Shown: piece after piece, positions 51,464-61,194 of the stretch
How positions within the stretch are numbered: the stretch's first letter is position 1
How the letters are laid out: every line of letters begins with the position of its first letter
Assembly (NCBI GenBank): GCA_963808235.1
Contig: CAWEEQ010000004.1
Location: 1,376,001 to 1,440,000 of the forward strand
From: an uncultured delta proteobacterium
GTDB lineage: Bacteria; Desulfobacterota; Binatia; Binatales; Binataceae
Direction: 5' to 3'
Length of the DNA: 64,000 nucleotides
Position numbers and translations under genes: made by a program
The notes under the pieces: generated by a model
What the model saw: only the letters and a program-made list of their open reading frames with translations
Told to the model about the DNA's origin: nothing
Database searches by the model: none

Positions 51464-52069
51464 CTAGAAACCCTCGGCCATCTCGGCGTACAGGTTCTGC
51501 GCAACCATCTGCATCATCGTGTCTTGCGAAGCCGCGGTCATCGCCCCCGCCGTCTGGATATCCGTCATGTGGGAAATATCGCCGGCGCGCAGATTTTGCT
51601 GCAGGAAGGTCGGCGTCGTGGTGACCACGGTCTGTGCCACGATCGGCGTATGCTGGGTGTTGCCGACGTTGCGGGTCGACCAAATGGTTTTGTTCGTGTG
51701 CGTGTCTTTGAGCTCAGCGGTAACTTCCATCGTCTGGTTGTAGTTGGTCGGTTCCAAAACCGAGTTGAAGTTCACCGGCACGGACGTGGCGTACCTGATG
51801 ATGCCGGTCAGCTGCAGGTCCGCATCGGTGGGACTGTCAACTACCTTGAGCCGGCGATGCAACGCGATTTCATCTTTGACGTAGCGCATGAACTCGTCGT
51901 TGATTCCGGTGATGCGGGTGTGATTTTTGAACTGCTCAACGTAAATAGTCTGCGCCGCCGAAGGCAGCGCGTCGCCCGAGCCCGCGAAATGGTATCCGCA
52001 TCCCGAGAGAGCCGCGAGCATCGCGAGCCCCACGAGCTTACTCAGGCTTGGATAGTGCGACTTCGTCAC
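51464..52069 (-). CDS. lptE: LPS assembly lipoprotein LptE
   Basis: LSGCGYHF lipobox, IYVEQFKN, ADLQLTG; upstream of holA. Confidence 0.85.
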   Translation of the reverse strand: MTKSHYPSLSKLVGLAMLAALSGCGYHFAGSGDALPSAAQTIYVEQFKNHTRITGINDEFMRYVKDEIALHRRLKVVDSPTDADLQLTGIIRYATSVPVNFNSVLEPTNYNQTMEVTAELKDTHTNKTIWSTRNVGNTQHTPIVAQTVVTTTPTFLQQNLRAGDISHMTDIQTAGAMTAASQDTMMQMVAQNLYAEMAEGF

Positions 52070-52484
52070 CTTTATTCTTGAGTCCGAGTCGTCCCGCGAT
52101 TTCGTCGAGCACTCCGTTGACGAATCGTCCCGACTCGATATCGCCGTAGCACTTTGCAAGTTCGATCGCCTCATCGATGGTCACGCGCGCGGGAATATCG
52201 TCCATCCTGAGCAGCTCGAACAGCGCGATCCGCATGATGTTATGATCGACGCGGGAGAGCCGCTTGACCGACCAGTGTTCGAGCGCGTCGGCCAGATGCT
52301 TGTCGAGCGCGACCTGCTCGCCGCGCACGCCTTCCATCAGCGTCACCGCAAACTTTCGCGCGCTGTCCTCGGCGGCAAAGCTGTCGAACAGGACGGCCAG
52401 GTCGTCAGTGCTCGCGCCGCCGCATATATCGATTCGATATAGCGCCTTCAGCGCGAGCTCACGCCCAAGATGTCTTAGTCCCAT
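52038..52484 (-). CDS. nusB: Transcription antitermination factor
   Basis: RELALKALY, WSVKRL..VD, IDEAIELAK, FVNGVLD. Confidence 0.95.
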   Translation of the reverse strand: MGLRHLGRELALKALYRIDICGGASTDDLAVLFDSFAAEDSARKFAVTLMEGVRGEQVALDKHLADALEHWSVKRLSRVDHNIMRIALFELLRMDDIPARVTIDEAIELAKCYGDIESGRFVNGVLDEIAGRLGLKNKGDEVALSKPE

Positions 52485-52542
52485 CGCAGTTCAATAGTAC
52501 TCGCGCCCGCGCCATTTGAAACGCGCCGCGAGCGGAAAACTT

Positions 52543-53754
52543 TCAGGTGATTAACTTGAGCTCCGAGAACAGGTGTCCGAGTTTTTCTTTTTTGGTTTTC
52601 AGGTATCCGATATTGCCCGCATGCGGGGTGACTTCGATCGGCACCCGCGAGACGTTCACTCCGTAGCGGCGGAGGCTTTCGATCTTGTGCGGATTGTTGG
52701 TGAGCAGCTGCACTTCGCCGACGCCGAGATCGCGCAGAATCTGCGCGCCGATTCCATAGTCGCGCAAATCTTCCTCGAAGCCGAGATGAAGATTCGCTTC
52801 CACCGTGTCCATCCCCTGGTCCTGCAATGCGTAGGCGCGAATCTTGTTTCCGAGTCCGATGCCGCGGCCTTCCTGATGAAGGTAGATGATCACGCCGGAA
52901 TCCGCCGCCATTATGCGCTCGAGAGCTTCCTGCAACTGCTCGCCGCAATCGCATCGCGCCGACGCGAACACATCTCCGGTCAGGCATTCCGAATGGAGCC
53001 GCACCAGCACCGGCCGTCCGCCACCGACCTGGCCCTTAAGCAGCGCAAGATGCTCTCGGCCATCGACGATGTTCTTGAAGATCACCGCTCGCAGCACGCC
53101 GCCGCTGATAGGGAACGGCTTCTCGGAAACGCGCTGAACCAGCACCTCGTTGGTCAGGCGCCAGGAGACGAGGTCCTTGATATAGCAAATCGGGATCGAA
53201 TGCGCGGCCGCGAATTCGCGAAGTTCCGGCAGGCGCGCTGCCTCGCCGTCATCGCGGAGCATCGTGCACAGCGCCGCGGCGGGACTCAACCCGGCCGAAC
53301 GTACAAGGTCCACTGCGCCTTCCGCGCGTCCCATTCGCATCATCACGCCGCCGCTCATCGCCATCAGCGGCAACACGTGACCGGGCATCACGATATCGTC
53401 GTGGCGGGATTCCTCGAAGGAGACCACCGAGATCACGCGGGCGCGATCCGCGGCCGAGATGCCGGTGGTGGCGCCCTCGCGCGCATCGATCAGCGATCCG
53501 ACCTGCTCGAGAGAATTGCCGTTGTCGGTGCTTGGCATCACCGGAATGCCGAGCTCGCGGAATCGCTTGTCGGGTATCGCGACGGAGACGATACCGCGCG
53601 CCTCGCGGGCCATGAAATTGATGTCGTCGGGGGTGATCTTTTCCGCCGCCATCACGAGGTCGCCCTCGGCGTCCTCGCGTTCCTCGGCCACCATCACGAC
53701 CATCTTGCCGTCGCGCAGTGCGGAGAAAATCTCTTCTAATGAAGCTGATGACAT
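52543..53754 (-). CDS. ribBA: RibBA fusion: degenerate DHBP synthase domain plus intact GTP cyclohydrolase II
   Basis: RibA motifs [28 protein letters not shown] intact; RibB motifs altered; alternative start at 53784. Confidence 0.92.
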   Translation of the reverse strand: MSSASLEEIFSALRDGKMVVMVAEEREDAEGDLVMAAEKITPDDINFMAREARGIVSVAIPDKRFRELGIPVMPSTDNGNSLEQVGSLIDAREGATTGISAADRARVISVVSFEESRHDDIVMPGHVLPLMAMSGGVMMRMGRAEGAVDLVRSAGLSPAAALCTMLRDDGEAARLPELREFAAAHSIPICYIKDLVSWRLTNEVLVQRVSEKPFPISGGVLRAVIFKNIVDGREHLALLKGQVGGGRPVLVRLHSECLTGDVFASARCDCGEQLQEALERIMAADSGVIIYLHQEGRGIGLGNKIRAYALQDQGMDTVEANLHLGFEEDLRDYGIGAQILRDLGVGEVQLLTNNPHKIESLRRYGVNVSRVPIEVTPHAGNIGYLKTKKEKLGHLFSELKLIT

Positions 53755-53796
53755 CTTATGTTCGTCGCCGATGGATATTATCACTGGCCTACCGGC

Positions 53797-54940
53797 CTAA
53801 CCAGTGCGGCCTTTTCCATTCACAGTCCTGGATCGTTTGCGATGCGCGAGGCGGGCTTCGAGTAACCAGTCGTCGCCGACGCGGCGCGCGGTAAAATCGG
53901 CAAGCTCGGATGGGTCGCGTAGTCCGCCTGCGTGCATCCCCGCGATAGCCGGGATGCCCGCGCCGAAAATTTTCGGGGCGACGAAGAATGCGACTCGATC
54001 GACTATGCCGGCCTCTAGCGCCGACCCGGCTAGGTGAGCGCCGCCTTCGATCAGGACATTGGACCATCCGCGCCGCCCAAATTCATGCATGAGCTCGTCG
54101 AGTGCGAGTTCGCCCGCGTGCGCGTTGACTGAAATCACCTCGACTCCGCGCGCGCGCGTATTTTCGGCGCGCGCGGGCGAGATTCGCATTTGTCGTGACG
54201 ATAATCGCCGCCGCCTTTGATCGTTCGCGATAGACCCGGGCCGTTGGCGCGGTGCGAAGTCGGGCGTCGATGATGACGCGCACCGGATCGCGGCCGCCGG
54301 CTATCCGGCACGTGAGGCGTGGGTCGTCGGCAATCACGGTGCCCGCGCCGACCATCACCGCGTCGCATTCGCGGCGCCATCGATGCACCAGCTCGCGCGA
54401 CGGCGCCGAACTTATCCATTTCATCGATCGCGAGTCAGCCGCGATTCTGCCGTCGAGAGTCATCGCGAGCTTCAGGATTCCGGCTGGGCGGCCGCGCGTG
54501 ATGCGGGTGATGAATCCTTCGTTGAGCCGTTTCGCCGCGTTTTCCAATACTCCGGTCGTGACTTCGATTCCGGCGCGTTTCAGGATTGCGATCCCGCGCC
54601 CCTTAACGCGCGGATCAGGATCGAGGCATCCGACCACGACTCTCTTTACTCCGGCGTCGACCAACGCGTTTGCGCAGGGCGGAGTCTGTCCGACGTGAGC
54701 GCACGGCTCGAACGAAACGTAGGCGGTCGCGCCGCGAGCTTTGCTTCCCGCGACATAGAGCGCCCGCGCTTCGCCGTGCGGACGTCCGCCCGTAGCGGTC
54801 ACGCCGCGCGCGACGACTTTGCCGGCGCGAACGATCACGCATCCCACTGCAGGATTCGGGGTGGTCAGGCCGAGCTGAGCTTCTGCGAGCGAGAGAGCCT
54901 CGCGCATAAAGCGATCGTCGGTCTCCGCAGAGCCGCGCAT
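53797..54940 (-). CDS. ribD: Pyrimidine deaminase/reductase RibD (frameshift in a (CG)6 tract near 54147-54158)
   Basis: PNPAVG, HGE, EPCAH...PPC, KLAMTLDG, GAGTV; IEGGA in a second frame. Confidence 0.92.
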
Positions 54941-54948
54941 GTTGGGAA

Positions 54949-55458
54949 TCAGGAGGCCGAGTCGCCCTTCTTGTCGCCGCGCGTCGTGGCGGGAGGGCCT
55001 TGCTTGCGTTGATTGATCAGGTCTTCGAGTTCGTGCATGAACTCATCGATATCCTTGAACGATCGATAAACCGACGCGAAGCGGACGTATGCAACCTGGT
55101 CGATCTTGTGCAACTCGTTCATGACCGCGGCGCCGATCTTGTGGCTCGGGACTTCGCGGTCACTCTGCTCGCTCATCGCAGTTTCGATATTGCCGGCGAT
55201 CTGCTCGATCGTTTCCATGGAGACCGGCCGCTTCTCACAGGCGCGCTTCAACCCTGCGATTATCTTCGCTCGATCGAACGGCTCGCGCCGCCCATCCTTC
55301 TTCACGACCATCGGCGCCGATTCCTCGACTCGTTCGTAAGTGGTGAAGCGGCGCTTGCATGCGTTGCACATCCGCCGGCGCCGGATCATCCCGCCGTCCG
55401 CAGACAGCCTGGAATCGACCACGCGATTTCCGCGCTTGCGGCAGAAGGGGCACCGCAT
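54949..55458 (-). CDS. nrdR: Transcriptional repressor NrdR
   Basis: MRCPFC...VVDSR...RRRMC..C.RRFTTYE; AYVRFASVY. Confidence 0.97.
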   Translation of the reverse strand: MRCPFCRKRGNRVVDSRLSADGGMIRRRRMCNACKRRFTTYERVEESAPMVVKKDGRREPFDRAKIIAGLKRACEKRPVSMETIEQIAGNIETAMSEQSDREVPSHKIGAAVMNELHKIDQVAYVRFASVYRSFKDIDEFMHELEDLINQRKQGPPATTRGDKKGDSAS

Positions 55459-55475
55459 CGGCTAGCTTGAGCCCG

Positions 55476-55522
55476 AAAAAACGAACCGGCAGGCAGGCGA
55501 TTCGCATCGCCAGCGCCGGCTC
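55476..55522 (-). terminator. Intrinsic terminator after acpP
   Basis: gagccggc...ggcgat-gcga-atcgcc...gccggttc followed by gtttttt. Confidence 0.55.
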
Positions 55523-55559
55523 GATGAATTGTCACAAACGAGTATGAACGCGAAGGGTT

Positions 55560-55799
55560 TCAGCTCTTGTGAGCCTCGATATAGGTGACGACGTCCTTGA
55601 CGGTGCGGATTTTCTCGGCGTCCTCATCGGAGATTTCGATATTGAACTCCTCCTCCAAGGCCATCACCAGCTCGACGATATCGAGCGAATCCGCGCCGAG
55701 GTCCTCGATAAACGAGGCCTCCGGGGTAACTTCATCCGTAGCCACACCCAACTGCTCGCTTATCTTCTCGCGAACTTTGGTTTCGATATCTTGAGCCAT
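55560..55799 (-). CDS. acpP: Acyl carrier protein
   Basis: [20 protein letters not shown]. Confidence 0.98.
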   Translation of the reverse strand: MAQDIETKVREKISEQLGVATDEVTPEASFIEDLGADSLDIVELVMALEEEFNIEISDEDAEKIRTVKDVVTYIEAHKS

Positions 55800-56012
55800 C
55801 GTGCTCTGGTTCCTCCTGGCAGCGCGGCCGTCGAGGGCCGCATATCAATTTCTAGTCTTGTCTTCTAATCTTGTCGCCTCGCGCCGCTTAAAACCCGCAC
55901 ATTCTAATTTCGCCAACGTCATGATGCGTGCGATGACGGTCTGGAGGTTGAGGTTAAATTATCAGGGGAGCATAAGGACTTAAAGATGTACTGGCAAGCC
56001 GATCCTTCACGG

Positions 56013-56954
56013 CTATCCCGCCGTTCCCGCTTCCGACACCGCTTTGAGCGACGCGAGATCTTCGACTGGCCTGACCCGGATGGTCCGATACATCCGGCGC
56101 ATCAGGCCCATCAGCACCCGCCCGCAGCCGAATTCGATTGCCTCGGTGACGCCGCTGCTCGCGACCACGCCCATCGATTCTTCCCACCTGACCGGTGCAG
56201 TTATCTGTTCGAGGAGCATCGGCACGACGCGCGCGGGATCGCGATTCACCTGTGCGGTCACGTTCGCGATCACGCCAAACTTGAACTGGCTCACCTTGAT
56301 GTTGCCGAGCACCGCGGCCATCGCCTCGCGCGCAGGCTGCATCAGCGGACAATGGAAGGGTGCGCTGACCTTGAGCTCCACGGACATCGAAGCGCTCCGC
56401 TCTTTGGCGAGCTCGAGCGCGCGACGGACTGGCGCGGCATGGCCGGCGATCACGATCTGTCCCGGGGCGTTGAGGTTCGCCGGCACCGCGAGCTGGCCGT
56501 TGCCGCTGACCTCCGCGCAAATTTCGTTGACTTGTGAAAAATCGAGACCGATAAGCGCCGCCATCGCGCCCGTGCCGGCCGGAACCGCAGCCTGCATCAA
56601 ACGACCACGCTCGCGGACCGCGCGGATTGCGTCGGCAAACTCGATCGCGCCGGCCGCTACCAGCGCGCTGTATTCGCCCAGGCTATGGCCCGCCGCGACC
56701 ACCGGCTCGATTCCGACTTCATGCTGATAAACGCGCAGCGCCGCAATTGACGCCGCCACGATCGCCGGCTGGGTGTTGACGGTGAGCTTTAGCTCGTCTT
56801 CCGGCCCTTCGAAGCAAAGTCGCGAAAGTGAGAATCCGGCCGCTTCGTCAGCTTCGGCGAAGGTGCGGCGCGCGAGGTCGAAGTTATCGGCCAGCTCCTT
56901 GCCCATCCCGACGCGCTGCGATCCCTGTCCGGGAAAAAGAAACGCCAGCTTCAT
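56013..56954 (-). CDS. fabD: Malonyl-CoA:ACP transacylase
   Basis: FPGQGSQ, GHSLGEY, SAPFH. Confidence 0.97.
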   Translation of the reverse strand: MKLAFLFPGQGSQRVGMGKELADNFDLARRTFAEADEAAGFSLSRLCFEGPEDELKLTVNTQPAIVAASIAALRVYQHEVGIEPVVAAGHSLGEYSALVAAGAIEFADAIRAVRERGRLMQAAVPAGTGAMAALIGLDFSQVNEICAEVSGNGQLAVPANLNAPGQIVIAGHAAPVRRALELAKERSASMSVELKVSAPFHCPLMQPAREAMAAVLGNIKVSQFKFGVIANVTAQVNRDPARVVPMLLEQITAPVRWEESMGVVASSGVTEAIEFGCGRVLMGLMRRMYRTIRVRPVEDLASLKAVSEAGTAG

Positions 56955-56978
56955 CGCACGATCTCTAAGCTGTTGGTT

Positions 56979-58361
56979 TTAATTTTTCGAATGCTCCGGC
57001 GAATCGTCGTCCGTCTTCAACTCCCTGGTTCCGGATTTGAGCTCGCCCGACAGGTGTTTCTTGTCCCCGCTCGCAACCCCGTTGTGTGCCGGGGCCGGCG
57101 TGCCATCGACCGCCGAGCTCGAGTGCGACGACTCATAGCGCGCGCGCTCGATCTTCAACTCGTCGGGGCTACGTTCAGTCCCATGCTCCGGCGGCGGCTC
57201 GTGCTGTCCGTCGGCGGGATGCGCTTCCCGGTCTGGGTGCGGATGCGTTTCCTTGTCTGGATGGGCATGCGCGTCTTCCTTTTCGCGCCGGTGCAACCGC
57301 TCACGCATTTTACCGAACAACGCGCGGATTCCCTTGCCTGCGGGCTTAACTGGCGCAACGGGTTGAATCTTGGCAAGAATTTCAAGAATTTCCGCGTTCA
57401 CATGATGCACCAGCTGCTCGTTCGCGGCGGCGCGAATTGCGCTCCGAATTGCGCGCGGATTCGACGAGCCATGCGCGATTATCGATACCCCGCTGACTCC
57501 GAGCAGCGGCGCGCCGCCGTATTCCGAGGGGTCGAGTCGCTCGCGCATCGCAGTGAGGTGTTTGCGTATCAGCAGGTATGCTAGCCGGGTGCGCCAGTTC
57601 GCGCCGAACAGCCCGCGCAGACTGCCCAGCATGAACGATGCAAATCCTTCCATCGTCTTCAGCGCGACGTTTCCGTTGAACCCGTCGGTGACGACGATAT
57701 CCACCTTGGCCCGGTTGATATCGCGCCCCTCGACGTAGCCAACGTAGTGGACGTAGGTCGGCATCTGCTGGAGCATCGCCGCCGCGGCGCGCGTGATATC
57801 GGTGCCCTTGGACGCTTCCTCGCCGTTGGACAGAATGCCAACTCGTGGCCGCGAAACGTTTCGCACATGGCGCCAATACACGCTGCCCATCACGGCGAAC
57901 TGCACGAGGTTGATTGGCTTTACGTCGGTGTTCGCGCCCGCGTCTATCAAGAGCCCGAAGCCCTCGCTGGTGGGCACCAGCGACGCGATCGCGGGCCGGT
58001 CGACGTTGGCGAGATTGCCAAGGATCATCATCGAGGCGGTCATCACCGCGCCCGAATTTCCGGCGCTAACGAATGCGCTCGCGTCTCCGCGCTTTACGAG
58101 ATCGAGTCCAACGTGAATCGACGAGCGCGGCTTCGACAGGACCGACTCGAGTGGCGAGTCGTCCATCAGCACAACTTCGGGTGCATGCTCGATTCGAATC
58201 GGCAGGTTGGCGGCGTCGTGGTCGGCAAGTTCGCGGGCAAGGATCTCCCCGTCGCCCACCAACACGACCTCGATGCCGAAGTCGCGGGCGGCCAGGACGG
58301 CGCCTTCAACGGTCGCCTTTGGGGCGAGATCACCCCCCATCGCGTCGAGCGCGATTTTCAC
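56979..58361 (-). CDS. plsX: Phosphate acyltransferase PlsX with long His/Pro/charged C-terminal extension
   Basis: IALDAMGGD, SAGNSGA, DAGAN, DGFNGNVALK, HGSS. Confidence 0.96.
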   Translation of the reverse strand: MKIALDAMGGDLAPKATVEGAVLAARDFGIEVVLVGDGEILARELADHDAANLPIRIEHAPEVVLMDDSPLESVLSKPRSSIHVGLDLVKRGDASAFVSAGNSGAVMTASMMILGNLANVDRPAIASLVPTSEGFGLLIDAGANTDVKPINLVQFAVMGSVYWRHVRNVSRPRVGILSNGEEASKGTDITRAAAAMLQQMPTYVHYVGYVEGRDINRAKVDIVVTDGFNGNVALKTMEGFASFMLGSLRGLFGANWRTRLAYLLIRKHLTAMRERLDPSEYGGAPLLGVSGVSIIAHGSSNPRAIRSAIRAAANEQLVHHVNAEILEILAKIQPVAPVKPAGKGIRALFGKMRERLHRREKEDAHAHPDKETHPHPDREAHPADGQHEPPPEHGTERSPDELKIERARYESSHSSSAVDGTPAPAHNGVASGDKKHLSGELKSGTRELKTDDDSPEHSKN

Positions 58362-58379
58362 GGCGCGTACCTTGCGCGC

Positions 58380-58559
58380 CTATTCCTTGATCTCGACGAG
58401 CTGGCGCCCGCGGTAGGAGCCGCAATGGCGGCAGATGCGATGGGGCATCACGGGCTCGCCGCACGAGGTGCAGGTGCCGGGGTTGACTGCGCGAAGCGCA
58501 TCGTGTGCGCGGCGCATATTTTTCTTCGAGTGCGAAGTTCGGCGTTTGGGTGCTTGCAT
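58380..58559 (-). CDS. rpmF: 50S ribosomal protein L32 (absent from the ORF track, 59 aa)
   Basis: Manual translation MQAPKRRTSHSKKNMRRAH...CTSCGEPVMPHRICRHCGSYRGR. Confidence 0.95.
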   Translation of the reverse strand: MQAPKRRTSHSKKNMRRAHDALRAVNPGTCTSCGEPVMPHRICRHCGSYRGRQLVEIKE

Positions 58560-58593
58560 GGCGAATTACTTCCTAATGTTGGGGTAAAGTGTA

Positions 58594-59133
58594 TCAGGAG
58601 CGCGGCAGTTTAAGCGACCGGAGCGCTTCGAGGCGCGGGTCGAAAGTTTCGGCGACGCACCCGCATTCAGTGCGATTCAGATTGGCCCCGCAATGAGGGC
58701 ATAAGCCGCGGCAATCTTCCTGGCATAGCGGACGGGTCGGCAGCGCGAGAATTACCTGCTCTCTTATTAGCGGGCTCAAGTCGACTTGCTCACCCTCGTA
58801 GAGCGAAAATTCGAGATCCTCTTCGCGAAGAGTGTCGTTGCCATAGCCGACCGACCTGGGCGAGAGCACGAATCGAAAGCGCCGATCGCTGGTCGCATCG
58901 AACTCCTCAGCGCATCGAGCGCACACCGCGCCGGTCCGTGCCTTCAGGATGCCGGTGAAAAATAGCTCCATGCCCGCGCGATAGAATGACGTCGTAACTT
59001 CAACCGGCCCTTCCAGGTGATACTCGCGGATCGGTCCCTGCCCGAGGATACGATTGATCTCCTGCTCCGGCTCGGCAAAGGACAGCTCCTTGGCCTCGCC
59101 CGTTATGTCCTCTAATCGGATTATCACCGGCAA
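58594..59133 (-). CDS. yceD: YceD/DUF177 protein
   Basis: CARC, LCQEDCRGLCPHCGANLN, DPRL; upstream of rpmF. Confidence 0.92.
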   Translation of the reverse strand: MPVIIRLEDITGEAKELSFAEPEQEINRILGQGPIREYHLEGPVEVTTSFYRAGMELFFTGILKARTGAVCARCAEEFDATSDRRFRFVLSPRSVGYGNDTLREEDLEFSLYEGEQVDLSPLIREQVILALPTRPLCQEDCRGLCPHCGANLNRTECGCVAETFDPRLEALRSLKLPRS

Positions 59134-59262
59134 TCACTGGTTCACTGGTCACCGTGATCAATTTGACGAAACTGGGACGAGAATTATTGCACGTCGCGCC
59201 CGATGTTCAAATACGCGGTTTAGCTGTAGCTTCAGGGATATTTTATTGAAAGGATCCCGCCG

Positions 59263-60522
59263 ATGGCGACTGGGCGATTTGATTTTCCGAAAAATTTCCT
59301 GTGGGGTACCGCGACCGCGGCCCATCAGGTCGAAGGCAGCAACATCAACAGCGACTACTGGGTGCTGGAGCATACTCCCGGCTCGCCGTTCGTCGAGCCA
59401 TCGGGCGACGCTTGCGACCAGTACCATCGCTACGCCGACGACATCGCGATGCTCGCGCGGCTCGGCTTCAACAGCTACCGATTTTCGATTGAATGGGCCC
59501 GCGTCGAGCCGGAGCCGGGCGAGTTCTCAACCGCAGAACTCGATCACTATCGCCGGCTGTTGGCGTGCTGCCACGAGCACAAGGTAACGCCCATAGTGAC
59601 GTTTCATCATTTCACGTCGCCGCGATGGGTCACCGGTGACGGCGGATGGGAAAACAGGAAAACTGCCGAGCGCTTCGCTACCTACTGCGAGCGCGCGGCC
59701 GGCCATCTTGGCGACCTGATCGGCGTCGCGTGCACGATCAACGAGGCCAATCTCGGCGCCTACCAATATCTGATCGGCACGCTGCCGGCCAAATTTGACC
59801 CGGCGCACCTGCCGTGGCTCGCGGAAGCGGCGCGCAGAATCGGCGCCGACCCGAATCGCTTCGCCCCTTCATGATGTGCGATCAGATGAAGGCGCGCGAC
59901 ACGATGCTCGAGGCACATCGGCTCTCGGCCGCGGCGCTCAAATCGTCGCGGGGCAAATTTCCGGTCGGCATCTGCCTCGCGCTCGGCGACCTGCAGGCCG
60001 ATGCCAGGCGGCGAGGATCGACGCGATCGCATCAAGGCGGAATGCCAGGACATCTTCTACGAAGCGGCGCGGGGAGACGATTTCATCGGCGTGCAAACCT
60101 ACACAAGAAACCGCATCGCCGCCGATCGCACACTCGGACCCGAAGCCGGCGTCGAGACGACACTGATGGGCTACGAGTTCTGGCCCGAGGCGCTCGAGGC
60201 AACGATCCGGCAGGCGAGCGCAGTCGCCAAAGTCCCGGTGATCGTCACCGAAAACGGCATCGGCACCGACAAGGACGATAGGCGCATCGAGTACGTGCGG
60301 CGCGCATTAAACGGCGTCGCGCGATGCATCCGCGACGGCATCGACGTTCGCGGCTACTGCTACTGGTCGCTCCTCGACAACTACGAATGGAACTCGGGCT
60401 ATCGTCCAACCTTCGGATTGGTGGCCGTCGATCGTAAAACTCAAGCCCGCACGGAGAAGCCCAGCGCCCGATGGCTCGGCGAAATCGCGCGCGCCAACGC
60501 AATCGACCTCGCGACCGAGTGA
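59263..60522 (+). CDS. Glycoside hydrolase family 1 (frameshifts near 59865 and 59998)
   Basis: FLWGTATAAHQVEG, TINEA, VTENG, YWSLLDNYEW over three ORF pieces. Confidence 0.9.
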
Positions 60523-60527
60523 ACGGG

Positions 60528-61187
60528 TTAGGTCGTCTTCACGCCGATCTTCGGGCAATCCGTCGACACCGCGCACGTCTCGCAATTCGGTTTGCGCGCC
60601 ATACAGACCTGGCGTCCGTGCAGGATCAGACGCATCGAAAACGGTGTCCAATCGTCGGGCGGCAGGATTTTCTGCATCTCGATTTCGATTTTGTCGGGGT
60701 CCGTCTGTTTCGTGAATCCGAGCCGCTTCGTTAGTCGTCGCACATGAGTATCGACGACGAACGCCGGCTTCCCAAAGACGTGCCCTAGGATCACGTTGGC
60801 GGTCTTGCGGCCTACGCCGCGGAGTTTTACCAACTGCTCCATCTCGGACGGCACTTCGCCGCCGTGCTGTTCGACCAGCGATTGCGCGGTACCGATCAGC
60901 GACCTGGTCTTCTGCCGGAAGAAGCCGGTCGTCACGATCAACTGTTCAACTCGCTTCGGGTCCGCTTTCGCCATCGCTCGCGCGTCCGGATACTCGCGAA
61001 AGAGCGCGGGCGTTGCGCGGTTGACTCCGGCGTCGGTGGATTGCGCCGACAGGATAGTCGCCGCGAGGCATTGCCACGGCGTCTTGAAATCCAGGCTGAT
61101 GCGCGCCGTCGGGTACAACTTCGCGAGCGCCGCCGAAATTCTCACCGCGCGTTTTTTCGCTGAGGCGAGCGACTCCCGCGGAGGCAT
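60528..61187 (-). CDS. nth: Endonuclease III
   Basis: ILSAQSTD, LRGVGRKTANV, VDTHV, CMARKPNCETC...C. Confidence 0.95.
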   Translation of the reverse strand: MPPRESLASAKKRAVRISAALAKLYPTARISLDFKTPWQCLAATILSAQSTDAGVNRATPALFREYPDARAMAKADPKRVEQLIVTTGFFRQKTRSLIGTAQSLVEQHGGEVPSEMEQLVKLRGVGRKTANVILGHVFGKPAFVVDTHVRRLTKRLGFTKQTDPDKIEIEMQKILPPDDWTPFSMRLILHGRQVCMARKPNCETCAVSTDCPKIGVKTT

Positions 61188-61194
61188 CAGACCC

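Noticed and set aside
52543-55000. FMN riboswitch associated with the rib genes
   Set aside because: Intergenic gaps are too short and no RFN consensus is visible.
55954-56012. Possible fabG deletion scar (VKDRLA...) after fabD, and a possible ribH scar at 52475-52545
   Set aside because: Only a few codons of resemblance; cannot be told from chance without related genomes.
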